From NCBI RefSeq assembly GCF_009914755.1, contig NC_060937.1: 64,000 nucleotides of DNA. The stretch is one strand, 5' to 3'. The notes under the pieces were generated by a model that searched no databases, was not told where the DNA came from, and saw only the letters and a program-made list of their open reading frames with translations. This DNA is from the human T2T-CHM13v2.0 reference genome, Homo sapiens. This document shows positions 32,701-50,131 of this stretch, piece by piece. The translations under genes and the position numbers were made by a program. The first letter of the stretch is position 1. Each line of letters starts with the position of its first letter.

Positions 32701-33396
32701 CATACTGATATAACTGACATACAAAATGGTTAGTAGATGTACAACTGTATTACAACTCAAGGTATATTTCGAGTAAAATGGGAGTAATACTGTTTTACCC
32801 CAATGTTGATCCCAAATTATTTGATAATAAAAACAAGAGCTTTGAAAGGAATACTTCCAATTAAAAGCATCTTGAGAAAGGTGCTAAGTTTTCTTTGTTA
32901 TTTCAAGTATATAGCAGAAACTTAAAAGTTCTTATAAAAAATGTTCTAAATCCTATACTATGTAGTAACATTGTCAACATAAGTGATCACATGAACTTTA
33001 CTACTGAACGTTTCACAAGGTGTTTCTGAAGAACATAAAGTTCAGACATTACGGCATTAAAAACAAGCTCATTATTAAAATTTTGGTCAAGGGCATGCAA
33101 TGGTATTAAATTTCCTTCTCTGTTCTTTCACTTGATCCCTGTAAAATTCTCCTTGCCCAACCTAAGCCAATAACAACTTGCTGACTACTCTTTTTCATTA
33201 AGCATCATGCCCAAAGCACTTTTTTTTTTGTAAGAAGCAAAGTTCGGTGAAAATGGTAATAGGATAGGAGTTGAATCTGTATCTCCTTTTCTGATAGCTT
33301 TGGGAAGGAGGGGGTCCTGGAGGAGAATGTAACAATCATAGCATTGGAGGATGACAATAAGATCCATTAAATTGCTGTGAACATTTATATAATCAT

Positions 33397-33504
33397 GGTG
33401 GGCTGAATAACAGCCTCCGAAAGATATCTACATCCTGATCCCCAAAGCTTGTGATGTTACCTTATATGGCCAAAAGACTGCAGATGCTACTAAATGAAGA
33501 ATCT
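33397..33504 (+). mobile_element. MLT1 (MaLR) LTR fragment
   Basis: tggtgggctgaataa..gatatctacatcctgatcccc..gttaccttatatggc, truncated by an Alu. Confidence 0.6.
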
Positions 33505-34357
33505 TTTTTTTTTTTTTTTTTTTTTTGAGACGGAGTCTTGCTCTGTCAGCCAGGCTGGAGTACAATAGCCTGATCTCAGCTCACTGCAACCTCTGCCTCC
33601 GAGGTTCTAGCGATTCTCCTGCCTCAGTCTCCTGAGTAGCTGGGACTGCAGGCATGTGCCACCATGCCTGGCTAATTTTTGTATTTTTAGTACAGACAGG
33701 GTTTCACTGTGTTGGCCAGGCTGGTCTCAAACTCCTGACCTTGTGATCTGCCTGCCTCAGCCTCTCAAAGTGCTGCCAAAAGTGCGGCCACCTCCACATT
33801 ATTAAAATGTCCAAAGAGAATGCCTTTGGCACTGTTTTCAGTAATTCTGTTCTAATAAAACATTAATTTAGCATTCATCTTATTACTAGTTGTGCCAGAT
33901 GAGTCACTCGTTTAAGACTCAGTTGCTAACATACATTCAAAATGGCTTTGATATACAAGTCAAGTCTTTTGAATGCCAAATACATTGGATATTGGACACC
34001 AGTCCCCAACCCTTCTTCCCTTCCCTTCCCATTCACTGCTCCACTGTACTCTTCCCTCTGCTCCCATTTTCCTTACCGTAACTCAGAAATTGAAATTACA
34101 GCGATCTTCATGTTGACAAAACCCCCAAATAGTAATATTTTATTTTCTTCTTTGTGGTAATTGTGCAGCAGCAGTCAACTAATAACACCATTCACCATTC
34201 TGCTCGTCCTAAGTGCATAATAAGTGTATTTCATGAATAATACTGCTACAGAAACTGGATAAAAATAAGTAGAGGGGGCCAGGTGCGATGGCTCACGCCT
34301 GTAATCCCAACACTGTGGGAGGCCGAGGCGGGCGGATCACCTGAGATCAGGAGTTCA

Positions 34358-34696
<339 letters not shown>

Positions 34697-34777
34697 TTAG
34701 GAGGCAGAGAGGGGAAGATGGTTTGAGCCCAGGAGTTCACGACAAGCTGAGGCAACTTAGTGAGACCCCATCACTAT

Positions 34778-35367
34778 TGTGAAACCAAAACATCTGAGAC
34801 AGGTCTCAGTCAATTTAGAAAGGTTATTTGGCCAAGGTTAGGGATGCACCTGTGACACAGCTGCAGGAGGTCCTGATGACATGTGCTCACGGTTGTTGGG
34901 GTGGAGCTTGCTTTTATACATTTTAGGGAGACATAATACATCAATCAATACATGTAAGGTTTACACTGGTTTGATCTGGAAGGGCAGGACAACTCAAAGG
35001 TCTGAGGGAGGGGGTGGGGCTTCCAGGTCATAGGTAGATTTAAAAATTTCCTGATTGGCAATTGATTAAAAGAGTTATCAGTAGAAAGGAATGTCTGGGT
35101 TATGATAAGGGTTTGTGGATAAGGGGTTGCAGAGATCTATGTTTCATCATGCAGATGAAGCCTCCAATTAACAGGCTTTGGAGAGAATAGACTACCATAT
35201 AAAGGTCTGTGTTGACGTTAATTCTAGAGAGGTATAATGAGGCATGTCCAACCCCTTCTTCTTTCATGGCCTGAACTAGATTTTTAGATGACTCTGGCAT
35301 GTCCTTGACTGAGAGGAGGGGTCCATTCAGATGTTTAGGGTCCTTCAAATTTTATTTTTGGTTTACA
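34778..35367 (-). mobile_element. MER4-family solo LTR (ERV1)
   Basis: TG...CA ends; the reverse complement begins TGTAAACCAAAAATAAAATT and ends GACCTGTCTCAGATGTTTTGGTTTCACA; TSD CTAT (see nested finding). Confidence 0.8.
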
Positions 35368-36029
35368 ATATCAATGTTTTTTTCTTTTTTCTTTTTTCTT
35401 TTCTGAGACAAGTTCTCGCTCTGCTGACCATACTGGAGTGCAGTGGCATGATCTTGGCTCACTGCGGCCTCCGCCTCCTGGGTTCAAGTGATTCTTGTGC
35501 CTCAGCCTCCCTAATAGCTGGGATTACAGGTGTGTGCCACTATGCCTGGCTAATTTTTGTATTTTTTTGTAGAGAGAAGATTTTGCCATGTTGGCCAGGT
35601 TGGTCTCGAACCTCTGGCCTCAAGTGATGCACCTCAGCTTCCCAAAGTGCTGGGATTACAGGTGTAAGCCACTGCGCATGGCCTACACTATTAATTTTAA
35701 ATATATATATGTATGTATATATGTATTTATGTATATAATGAAAAGAAAAACTACAAACATTTAAAGTTGGTCCAACTTTGGTGTCATTAATTAAATATCT
35801 ACTTCCAGTTCTTTAGGAGACAAAAATGCCATTTTTTGTTTTTTTTACATATCAATGAGGGCACAAACTGAGGCAACTTCCCCAAACCTCATCCCCAGCT
35901 CAAAGGTGTATTTACATAACCTTATTCTAAACAAAGGACAAATAGGAAGTAGGAGAACAATTTGGTTCATATTTCACCAAAGATATATTTCCTTCAGGTT
36001 AAAGGCAATCAGAGACTTCCAAATCATTG

Positions 36030-36356
36030 TGAGACAGCCAAGTATAAAGGGGGTCCTGGGAGAAATTCCAACTGGCCTGCACACTGGGAGAATAGGATGA
36101 GCCATGGAAGTCTGCGCCCTTTGCATGGGAGAGGAGTCTGGGATTCCAGCCTGGCCTCTTCTGTTCTGGGGTGGAACCTGGGATTCAATCTGTGAGGCAG
36201 GAAACCAGCTAGCAAGCAAGAGCCCCCATTTCCCTTTTTTTCCTTTTCACCCAATAAATTCCATTCTTCTTACCTTTCAAAGTGTCTGCGAGCCTAATTT
36301 CTCATGGCCATGTGACAAGAACCTGGCTTTTAGCTGAACTAAGAAGCCCTACAACA
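36030..36356 (+). mobile_element. MER61-family solo LTR (ERV1)
   Basis: TGAGACAGCC...CTACAACA, internal AATAAA, exact 4-bp TSD ATTG on both sides. Confidence 0.78.
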
Positions 36357-38230
36357 ATTGTAAATACCTATTAATCCACCAATTACATATAGGCACAATA
36401 TGGATCTTTGGAAATTAGATAAGAATGATTTTAATGTGAAATAATGACAGCAATATAGTTTAGAAACCATGATGGTGAGGCCTCGTTGATGCATACATCT
36501 GCTGGGGACTGAGCATATGGTTAGTGCTTGGTACATATGTAAAAACTGCAATTACAGCTTCTTAGTAAGATAATTGATTCTGAGTAAACGTTTGAGTTTT
36601 CCTGGTTGTCTTAATTTTTTTTTTTTTTTTTTTTTTGGTAATTGAGCTTTTGCTGTTTGTTTGGCTGGTTGGTTGGTTGGCTGGTTTTTCATGGCAGACA
36701 TTTAGGAAGAGCAAAGCCTACCAAAAGGAAGATTGTGTTTGCAATATAACTAAATATAGTAATATTACTAGTAAGACCAGGAAAATCCACAAAACTTAAT
36801 GGAAAACAGGGACAATAACAACACACTAAAGGACTATTTGAGGCTACCTGTTCCCTGATAAATGTGATTATAGCAAATAAGCATGCATAATAAAATTGTG
36901 TTTCTATCTCATATATTTAGCATTCACCAATTTTATTCCACAGCAGGCCATTGTCTACATAGTGACAGATAGAATATTCCATAAAGAGAAGGACTAGAAA
37001 GTGGGTTTTATTTTTTTAAATAATTATAATAAATTATCAACTTTACCTTTAAAGCACTGAACCGAAGATTTAAAATGTAACTTTAAATTCCATTCTCAAG
37101 AAGGAACATGGGGATCATTTTAAAAGCATTAACTTGCTTGTCCTATGCAGGAAAGGCCCCAGAAGAGCAGAGACTGAAGTCTCTACACAGATTGAATTGC
37201 ATTTTGTTCACTATTTCAGGTACAACCACCACTTCATTATCTGCATGTGAATTTCCCATGGGCCGTTTCCATTCCCAGACCACCTTGAACCTCTTACCCA
37301 ACACCAATCAGGTCTCCCATGGCCACACCGCAATATGTGCACAGGGGATATGAAATCATTTAAAATTCAGACCAAAAGAGTTTAGGCAGTCAAATCCATT
37401 GAGTGGGAAGAAATCCATTAAATTTAATTCAAAGTATATTATAGTTTATCCACTATTTTGGGAGAATTTTATTATTGCTTGCTTCTAATAGCAAAGTTAA
37501 TGAAGAATTGATTGCTGTTTCAATGAGATCTCTCTGCACACATTTACTAAGAACTCACCTAAATTGTAGCTCATTTTTAATGTGGAACAGAAAACTCAGC
37601 TTGTGCCTACATTTCTCATAACAGGTCATTCTAGAATGATTCTAACAGTACATTTCAGTAAATTGTATTATACTTAGACCACCAGCAGAAATCTGGAATA
37701 ATTGGGTCGTTGAAGAATAAACACTAAAGGCAGGACAAGGGGGTCAATCGTGGAGCAAGAACTTCATTCAGGAAACTGAGGTAATGTCCAGAATTCTTCA
37801 AAGACTGCACGGGGGATACTGTTTAACATTAACACAGAACTCTCCAGTTGGTTGGAGAGCGGCTGGGAGAGGTCTCTGTAAGAGTAAGAAGCCTGCTTTC
37901 TATTTATTTATTTTTCGGGGCAGGCATGCCTTCTTCAAACAAAAAGAAAGCCCAGGCATACAGAAACTGGATCTCATACAGACAGGGTCTCATTCTGTTG
38001 GCCAGGCTGGAGTGCAGTGGTGCGATCACGGCTCACTGGAGCCTGGACCTCCGGGCTCAATGGATCCTCCCATCTCAACCTCCTGAGTAGTTGGGACTGC
38101 AGGCGCGAGCCACCAAGCCCGGCAAAATTGTAGACAGGATTTCGCCATGTTGGCCAGGCTGATCTCAAACTCCTGGACTCAGGTGATCCACCCACCTCGG
38201 CCTCCCAAAGTGCTGGGATTACAGGCTTGA

Positions 38231-38470
<240 letters not shown>

Positions 38471-38909
38471 TAGTCAGGATGGTCTCGATCTCCTGACCTC
38501 GTGATCCACCCGCCTGGGCCTCCCAAAGTGCTGGGATTACAGGCGTGAGCCACCGCGCCTGGCGAACATCATCTTATATTGTTTATTATTATTATTATTA
38601 CTATTATTATTGAGACAGAGTCTCGCTTTGTTGCCCAGGCTGGAGTGCAGTGGTGTTAGCTCACTGCAACCTCCACCTCCCAGGTTCAAGCGATTCTCCT
38701 GCCTCAGCCTCCTGAATAGCTGGGATTACAGGTGCATGCCACCATGTCAAGCTAATTTTTGTATTTTTGGTTGAGATGGGGTTTCTCCATGTTGGCCAGG
38801 CTGGTCTCCAACTCCTGGCCTCAAGTGTTCTGCCCGCCTTGGCCTCCCAAAGTGCTGGGATTACAGGCGTGAGGCACCGCACCCGGCCCTATATTGTTAT
38901 TATACATGA

Positions 38910-40450
38910 TGATGGCAGCAGTGGGCCATCTGGTGTGTCGCTGCCATCACGCCGGCCACTGCAAGAAGGGTACAGGGAGGAGGCAGACTGCCCCCACCCC
39001 TCTACCCCCAATTCCTCCACCCTTCCACCCCACCGCAACCCCCAGCCCCAGCCCGCCACCCTGGGGGCCGCCACAATGGGGCCTGGCCAAGTCGCCCGCC
39101 TGGCGAGGGGGAGCTCCAGGCCACCCCTAAGAGCCAGGACCACAGCAGGAGCTTTCAGCAATATCGCCCCTACCCGAGATGCCGGTCCAGACCCAGTGAG
39201 GACCTGGAGCCCCTGCCCCAGGCTTCGAGGGGGCGCTGCCGGTTGCCGGTGCGAGGCGCTGGGAGCCAGGGACAAGCGGGAACTCTGCTCCTTACAAGTT
39301 AGTGGGGCGGGACCTCCCCAGGTACAACTGCAGCTGCCTAAGCTACAGCAGCAACTCCAGCACCTCTGTGCTCTTGGGAGCCGGGAGTAGGCAGGAGCTC
39401 CGCCCTCCTGGGCGGGGCTACAGCCTCCCAAGTCTTGGCTGTGGATCAGGGCCTCCAGCTCCCTGCAACAGGCAGGAGCCCCACCCCACCCCACTGAAAA
39501 CCGGGGCTGCAGCGCCAGGTATCCTGCAGGCCTGGGGGGCCTGGGAAGGCCCCCCCATGCCCTTGCAGACTCAGAGGTGCCTACTCCCACTGTCTAGCAT
39601 CTCCCCACTCCCAGGGCCTACTCTGATCTTAAAGTGGGATTTGGGTGGAGCCCAAGCACTGTCACAGCCAGACCAGGTATGCGTAGGCTTGGGCCAGTGC
39701 TGACATGCTATCCCTCTGCCACCTCGGCCCCCTCTGGATTTTGGGCACTGAGGAGCACAGGAGGGGAAGCTGAGGGTGGCTGGGTAGTGGCCTGCAGGTG
39801 CCCTTTGATGCCAGCACCCTGCCATGGATGGCCGCAGGAGGCAGACAGGCTCCTGGGCAGAAGGGCGCTGGTTCCTAGCAAGGCCCACCTTCAGGCCAGG
39901 GAGGGCCTAAAGGCTGAGCACTGGGCTACCAGTTCATGAATTGGAATGAGGACTTGTGGTGCCTTCTCTGGGCTGCCCATGGCCGCCCATGGACCAATCG
40001 GCTGGCACTTCTTCCCCTCTAAGGTCCATAAAAGGCTCGGGCTCAGCCAGAGCAGGGCAGAGGGCAGAAGATGGAGAGATAACAGGAGGACCAGCTGCAA
40101 AGAGGAGCTACCCTCTCTGCTGAGCACTTCAGAGGCCTGCAGAGATGTCTGCACAGCCTGTGGAGAGGAGCCACCCTTTCCAGGGCCTCCTCTCCGCCAC
40201 CCTCTCCAGGGCCGCCTCTCTGCTGAGAGCTGAACACTCAATGGGAGGACTTGCCTACAGAAAGGAGTTATCCACTGCGGGGCTCTTCTGAACTGTTCTA
40301 ACACTAAATAAAACTCCTCTTCGTCTCCTTCACCCTTCACTTGTCTGTGTACCTCATTCTTCCTGGATGCAGGACAAGAACTCAGGCAAAAGTGCCACCA
40401 GCCACAGAGGTTTCCAGGAAGAAAACTGACACCCCAGAGATCCCGTAACA
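38910..40450 (+). mobile_element. MER52-family solo LTR (ERV1), GC/CpG-rich
   Basis: TGATGGCAGC...CCCGTAACA; CCAAT ~39994, CATAAAAG ~40027, AATAAA ~40307; TSD not clearly preserved. Confidence 0.78.
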
Positions 40451-40890
40451 TTGCTATTTTCTTCCACTGAGGCCTAAGCTGATTTTCAATGACAATGACC
40501 CTGATATACTGTTGAGTGGTTTGAATGACAGCTGTAATCAGAACTATGCTATGAAGATTTTGCCATCAAATGTGCATTAGGGACTTATTTCCTATCAGAT
40601 TATGCACATATTTTGTATAAAATTCATGCTATCTGAATGATCCAAGTGAGTAATGCAAATATTATTGGCACAACATTGTACTTATTTACTATCAAGTATT
40701 ACATATTGCGTATATCAAATACCCCATATATCTTAGCCTGAGTTCCTCAAAATAAGAGATAAAACTCACATGCAGAGTGTACTTGAAAAAATGGAGCCAG
40801 TGGGCATGAATGTCAGCAGGGGCAGTGAAATAGGGAAGGAAGGAAGACACTAAGATGAGTACTGAGTTGGCTATCACTGCGGCACCTTTA

Positions 40891-41362
<472 letters not shown>

Positions 41363-41503
41363 GTGTCCTGCTATCACTATGCTTTAGAATTGATTGCCAC
41401 AATTTGAATAATATTAATCTAATTCTGATTAAATACCTTTCAATTAATATCTTAGAGAGTTGTTTAGATTTACTGAGCACAACCTCATTAATACATGTGA
41501 AAA

Positions 41504-42419
41504 TGTGTCTGAAATTCATTCCTTCCGGTGGGTTCTTGGTCTTGCTGACTTTCAAGAATGAAGCCACCGACCCTCCCAGTGAGCGTTACAGTTCTGAAAG
41601 ATGGTGCGTCCACATTTTGATCCTTCAGATGTGTCCGGAGTTTCTTCCTTCTGGTGGGTTCGTGGTCTTGCGGACTGCAAGAGTAAAGCCGCAGACCTTT
41701 GCAGTGAATGTTACAGCTCTTAAAGGTGGTGCGTCCAGAGTTGTTTGTTCCTCCTGGTGGGTTCGTGGTCTCACTGACTTCAAGAGTGAAGCCGCAGACC
41801 TTCGCAGTGAGTGTTACAGCTCTTAAAGGCAGCACGTGTGGAGTTCTTTGTTCCTTGCGGTGGGTTCGTGGTCTCGCTGACTTCAGGAGTAAAGCTGCAG
41901 ACCTTCACAGTTATTGTTACAGCTCATAAATGTAGCAGGGACCCAAAGAGTGAGCAGCAGCAAGATTTATTGTGAAGAGCGAAAAAACAAAGTTTCCACA
42001 GCGTGGAAGGGCACCTGAGTGGGTTGCAACAGCTGGCTAGGGTGGACAGCTTTTATTCTCTTATTTGGCCCCGCCCACATCCTGCTCATTGGTCCATTTT
42101 ACAGAGCGCTGATTGGTCCATTTTACAGAGTGCTGATTCGTCCGTTTTTACAGAGTGCTGATTGGTGCATTTACAAACCTTTAGCTAGACACAGAGTGCT
42201 GATTGGTGCTTTTTTACAGAGTGCTGATTGGTGCGTTTACAAACCTTTAGCTGGACACAGAGCGCTGATTGGTGTGTTTTTACAAAGTGCTAATTGGTGC
42301 ATTTACAAACCTTTAGCTAGACACAGAGCGCTGATTGGTGTGTTTACAATCCTGTAGCTAGACAGAAAAGTTCTCCAAGTCCCCACCCGACCCAGAAGCC
42401 CAGCGGGCTTCACCTTTCA
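41504..42419 (-). mobile_element. LTR12 (ERV9) solo LTR
   Basis: The reverse complement starts TGAAAGGTGAAGCC..GGGGACTTGGAGAAC; tandem GCTGATTGGTG/AAACCTTTAGCTAGACACAGAG U3 repeats; ~70-bp GGTGGGTTCGTGGTC U5 repeats; ends ...GACACA; TSD AAAA. Confidence 0.92.
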
Positions 42420-42545
42420 AAAACACAGTAAGATCTCACAAATTCAGACTGCATTAATCACCAGGATTCATGGACTGAGAGTAAATTTGAATTTGTATTA
42501 CCTTTTTTTTTTTTAAAAAGGGTCTGCTTAGAAATTAAGCACGTA

Positions 42546-43933
<1,388 letters not shown>

Positions 43934-43949
43934 AGAAATTAAGCATGTA

Positions 43950-44274
43950 GGCAAGGCGCAGTGGCTCACGCCTGTAAACCCAACACTTTGGGAGGCAGAG
44001 GTGGGTGGACCACTTGAGGTCAGGAATTCGAGACCAGCCTGGCCAACATGGTGAAACCCTGTCTCTACTAAAAATACAAAAATTATCTGGGCATGGTGGC
44101 CCACGCCTGTAGCCCCAGCTACTCGGGAGGTTAAGCAGGAAAATTGCTTGAACCCGGGCAGTGGAAGTTGCAGTGACTCGAGATTATGCCACTGCACTCC
44201 AGCCTGGGTGACAGAGCAAGATCTATCAAAAAAAAAAAAAAAAAAAAGAAAAGAAAAAAAGAAAAAAAAAATTG
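43950..44274 (+). mobile_element. AluS sharing its TSD with the SMARCE1 pseudogene
   Basis: Flanked by AGAAATTAAGCATGTA at 43934-43949 and 44275-44290. Confidence 0.92.
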
Positions 44275-44919
44275 AGAAATTAAGCATGTAAAACCTGGCT
44301 CCAAATAGCATTTTAAAATATTTATATCTATCATTAGCTATATACAATTATATCTTGGCAGTTGTCTCTAAAACTGGCCATAATATGAGCTGGCTACAGT
44401 AACTGGTAATCCCAGTTACTCAGGAGGCTGGCTGAGTGCGGGAGGATTGCTTGAGCCCAAGAGTGGGAGACCAGCCTGGGAAAAATAGTGAGACCCCGTC
44501 TTTAAAAAAACAAAAGTAAAACTGGCCATAATAAACTTCAATAGTCATTTGCTGAAGGAATTAAAATTTTAAATTGTAGTTGCAGAGCAACTTAATAATT
44601 AAGGAATGGGTCTTCTCTGATCCTCTAATAGCTTGATTCTAGTCATTGTGTATAGTTTAAATTTATTAAAGTATGTTTTAGAGAATCATTCTATAAATCA
44701 GATGTTCGTCTACATCTAAATGCCTCCAGGCAGTCTGAATTTATGATGCTTCTTTTGGTAAAAATAGGGAAAATCTAAGGATAGAACAATAAGATTCTAT
44801 TGAATATTTCACAAGTAGTTACAATAGACTTCTTATACCTTTAAGTCCCTTCAAATTGAGATTGTATGTTTCAGCTGGCTAACGTCTTTTAATCTACATA
44901 CCTTCTTTTAACATCCGAG

Positions 44920-45695
44920 ATACTTATATACTATAAAACGCACCCATTCTGAAGCAGGATATATTCCTGACCCTTTCACTAGCAGGAACTGGAGTGCACG
45001 GATGCTAGAACTAGCTGGCTGCTTCGGTGCTGGCAGGGGTGGACTCTACTCACTCGGTACCACTGCATTCCACCCCTCACAGGAGGGGGAGCTGAAAAGG
45101 GGACAGAGTGGGAAGGTGATCTTCCCCTGGAGTCTGGCCGTCCCTGGCCTGACTCCTTTCCAAAGCTATGCTATCAAACTCTCCCTCTGAAGTCAGGAAC
45201 TGCTTCTCTCCAACGTCCAACTGTAGTCTCTGACATCCAGCTGCTTCTCTTTTCTGCTGGCTGAGTTCTGGGGTTTTTATAGGTATAGGATGGGTGGGCA
45301 GGGTGGGCCATGGGTGCTTTTGGAAAAGGCAACATTTGAGCAGGAAAACAGGAATGTAAGTTCTCACTTTGGGCCATGGCATTAGGCTTTTTGGCTTGAG
45401 GGTGGGGCCATTGCCAGGGACCTGCCCTCTTCTTCCCAGAATTTCCCTGCCTCCTGTCTCTATCAATTCTAAGTATACAATTCAATGAATTTTACTATAT
45501 TTACAGAGTTGTGTACCATAATCCCAATCTAATTTTAGGACATTTCCATTATCCTAAAAAGAAACCTCATGTCCTTTTACAGTTATCCCCATTGCCTGCC
45601 CTAGGCACCACCAAACTTTCTGTCTTTATATATTTGCCTTTCTTAGACATTTAATATAATAAACATAATGCTTTAAAGGATCATCCATGTTGTTA
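44920..45695 (-). mobile_element. Old L1M 3'-end fragment split by the LTR at 44950-45465
   Basis: 'ataaaacgcacccattc|taagtatacaattcaatg..tttacagagttgtg..ccaatctaattttaggacatttcc' reads continuously across the LTR. Confidence 0.65.
44950..45465 (-). mobile_element. ERV1 solo LTR, LTR1/LTR27/LTR28-like
   Basis: The reverse complement begins TGATAGAGACAGGAGGCAGGGAAATTCTGGG and ends CTTCA; exact TSD ATTC; interrupts an old L1 3' end. Confidence 0.72.
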
Positions 45696-45905
45696 ACTCG
45701 TGTCTTTTAAAACCAACATACATGGTGGTTCTGACTGGTATCTCCTAATGATCTCATTTGAATGTCAAGGCAAAATTTCTGCCATGTACAAAGTTAAATA
45801 AAGCCAATTTAAAGAATTTATAGAATCAGGTACACAAAACTAAAATGGATGTTCCTAACAAAGAAGAATCTGTCATTTTTTCCTTATTTTATTTTATTTT
45901 TTTGA

Positions 45906-46113
<208 letters not shown>

Positions 46114-48125
46114 TGACCTCAGGTGATCCACCCACCTTAGCCTCCCAAACTGCTGGGATTACAGGCGTGCGCCACCGCACCCAGCCTTTTTTCCATCTTT
46201 AATTATTTGCCAATAAGAAAAACAGGCTCAGCATGTTAAAATATTGAAAATACAGAACTACAGAAAAGTGTAGTTCAAGTGATTATCCTGCCTCAGCCTC
46301 CCAAGCAGCTGGGACTGCAGGTGCGGGCCACCACACCCAGCTGATTTTCTATCTTTAGGCAGAGACAGAGTTTCACCATGTTGGCAGGCTGGTCTCAAAC
46401 TGCTGACCTCGGTGATCCAGCCACCTCAGCCTCCCAAAGTGATTACAGGTGTGAGTCTTTGCGCCTGGCCAAAAAGCGCAAAAATGTATCTTAATTTTAC
46501 AATAACATAAAGCTATGCTTAATACCTCAATGCCTTCTAATCTTGCATTTACTGTTAAAAGATTATTTTCTCAACTTTCAAATCACTTGAAAAGTTGTAA
46601 TACTAGGATAAACAGCTTATACTCTTCACCTAGATTCACCAATTATTAATATATTACATTTCTTTTTTCTCTGTGTAGCCCTCTCTTTCTCTCTGACACC
46701 CACACGCGCACACATGCACACACACACACACACACTCTTGAGAGTTGGTCTCATTTTAATCCTAAAGCTTTCAATATGTATTTCCTAAGAATGATAGCAT
46801 TCTTTCCCATAATCACAATACTCTGATCACACTTGAGAAATTTAACATTGATACAATCCTATTATCTAATATAAAGTCCACATTCAAATTTTCCCAATTA
46901 TTGTTCTCTTTTAAAAAAACTTTTTCTTTAATTTCTTCTTAATATAAATTTTTTTTGAAAAAAGGGTCTTGTTATGTTGCCCAGCCACCACACCTGGCCT
47001 TGTTTGCTAGTCTTGAACCCCTGGCCCCAAGAGATCCTCCCACCCCAGCCTCCCAAAACTGGGAAATGTAGGTGTGAGCCACCACACCTGGGCTCCAATT
47101 CTGTTCTAGTCATGTCTTTTATAACTTGAAAAAATAAAAATCCCAGAGTCAATGGAAGAAAATCCATTGCATTTCATTTACATGTCCCTTTACCCTTCTT
47201 TAATCTGGAACAATCTCTAGTCTCTTTAGTTCTTTCCTGACACTGACAATTTAAAGATTGCAGGCCAGTTGTTTTGTAGTATGTCCCACAAGCTAGATTT
47301 TTTTTTTTTTTTTTGAGACAGCCTCACTCTGTTGTGCAGGCTAGAGTGCAGTGGTACGATCTTGGCTCACAGCAATCTCCACCTCCCGGTTCAAGTGATT
47401 CTTCTGCCTCAGCCTCCCGAGTAGCTGGGACTACAGGCATGTGCCACCACACCTGGCTAATTTTTGTATTTTTAGTAGAGACAGGGTTTCACCATGTTGG
47501 CCAGGCTGGTCTCGAACTCCTGACCTCGTGATCTGCCCACCTCGGCCTCCCAAAGTGCTGGGATTACAGGCGTGAGTCACTACACCTAGCCTTGTTTGTT
47601 TTTTATAATTAGATGCAGGTTAAACTTTTTTTGAGGAGGAGACTACAGACAGGAATACTAGATACGTGCTGTTTTATCTTCTCAATGCTTAACCTCAGGG
47701 TGCACCGAGTCTTTTTTTAACGTAATTATATATGCATTTTAATTTTTACATGATTGGTATATTATATATAAATGTTTATGCCCTACCTGTAAAAATAATC
47801 ATTATAAAATTAGCCTGGCATGCTGGCATGCACCTGTAGTCTCAGCTACTCAGGAGGCTGAAGCAGGAGGATTTCTTGAGCTCAGGAGTTTGAGGCTGTA
47901 GTGAGCTATGATCGCACCCGCTTGGGCTGACAGATATTGGGATAAACCTTATTTGATTACAATGTTGTTGTTGTTGTTTGAGACGGGGTCTCACTCTGTC
48001 ACCAAGGCTGGAATGCAGTGGTACAATCATGGCTCACTGCAGCCTCAACCTCCCTGGGATCAGGTGATCCTCCCGCCTCAGCCTCTAGAGTAGCTGGGAT
48101 TACAAGTATATGCCACCATGCCTGA

Positions 48126-48257
<132 letters not shown>

Positions 48258-49699
48258 TAGTCCTTGCAATGTATTTTTAATGCATTATTGAATATGATTT
48301 GTTAGTAAATTAGAGATTTTGCCTCTAAATTCATAAGTGAAATTAGCCTATAATTTTCTTTCCACAAATTACCTTGTCTGGATTATTTCCCAAAAATAGC
48401 TTTTGGTTTTGTTGGTTATATCTATATTTTTTATTATTTTTTTCTATTTCGTTAATTTCCATTGCTAATTTTATTTTCTTCTTCTACTTTGTTTCTTACT
48501 AGCTTTTGAATTGCACATGTAGTTCAATTATTCTCAATCTGTCCTATATCTTAAATAAATTCATTTCTATTTATGCATTTCATTCTAAATTGACACTAAT
48601 TCCCATTATCTTTCTAGTTGCCCACAAGTCTTGGTATGTTGTACATACAAAAATAGTTCATAATTTCCATTTTGATGTTCTCTTGAACCCATGGGTTTTT
48701 TAGAAGAGTATTTTTTCAGTTTGTTACCCCTAAATTCTGTTTTACAGATAAAGTGACTAAAGTCCAGGAAAATTAAATGTCTTGCTCAAAATTTTATAGC
48801 AAATTCATGGCCGGAAGATCAAGTCTCCTAATTACTATTTCACTCTGACTTTCCAATTTCTTAATTCATATCCTTTCCCTATCAGAAAACTTCTTGAAAT
48901 TAAATCAAAATTGTCTTTAACTCATGACATACCTAGAATTCCACCTTTTGTTAGCCCTATTTGTTACACATTTAAAAAATATTTGCCCAAGCTTTTTCCT
49001 AAGTGTATCCAGAGAGTTTTCTCCAGCCAGGATTTATAAATTTCTAGATATATCATTTGGCATAGTCCTTAGGACATAATGCTTAGCACATAGACTCTCA
49101 ATAAAAAAATTACTGAGGAAATATTTTGTTTAATGAATGTTTAAAGAATATTATCAGTGCTACCTAAGAGTTTTATTAAACATCAAATGGCAAGTCCGAG
49201 GCTAGAAGGAAACTGTCTGGGTTGTCATAGAACTAGTCCGGTAGGTTAATGATAAGGATGAAATGAACAAATGCAAGCAACGAGAACTGCTGTTGAAATG
49301 GGCTGCAATTCCATGGTCAAAAAAGTAAAGGGCAAGTAGAAATACATGAAATAATATAAATGAATTATAAATGACAATAGTCAAACTTTCAAGAAACATC
49401 TACTACTATCAAAAGTAGGTTTTATTGTCCCTACTGTATAAATGGGGAAAGGAAACCCCAGACAGTGCACGTCATTTACCCAGGTGATGCAGAAGGAACA
49501 ACCCTTGGGTTGGAATGCAGCTAATCACAGCCCATAATCACCTTTGCAACCAGCCACAGTCTTCTCTTAGTGCCCTTACTTTAGCTCTTTCCTCCTAGCT
49601 CTAGCCCAGGTCTAGCCCTCCCCTCTGGCTGTAATTGGGAAATTGGAGATAGCTCTGAAGCAAAGGGAGATGCTGGTGCTATCAGGATCAGTAGCCTAA

Positions 49700-50131
<432 letters not shown>

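Noticed and set aside
38767-40451. ORFs of 186-233 aa
   Set aside because: They lie within the GC-rich MER52 LTR and an Alu; no gag/pol/env similarity.
41620-42360. Regularly spaced direct repeats resembling a CRISPR array
   Set aside because: These are the internal U3/U5 tandem repeats of LTR12; spacers are not unique, there are no cas genes, and the DNA is eukaryotic.
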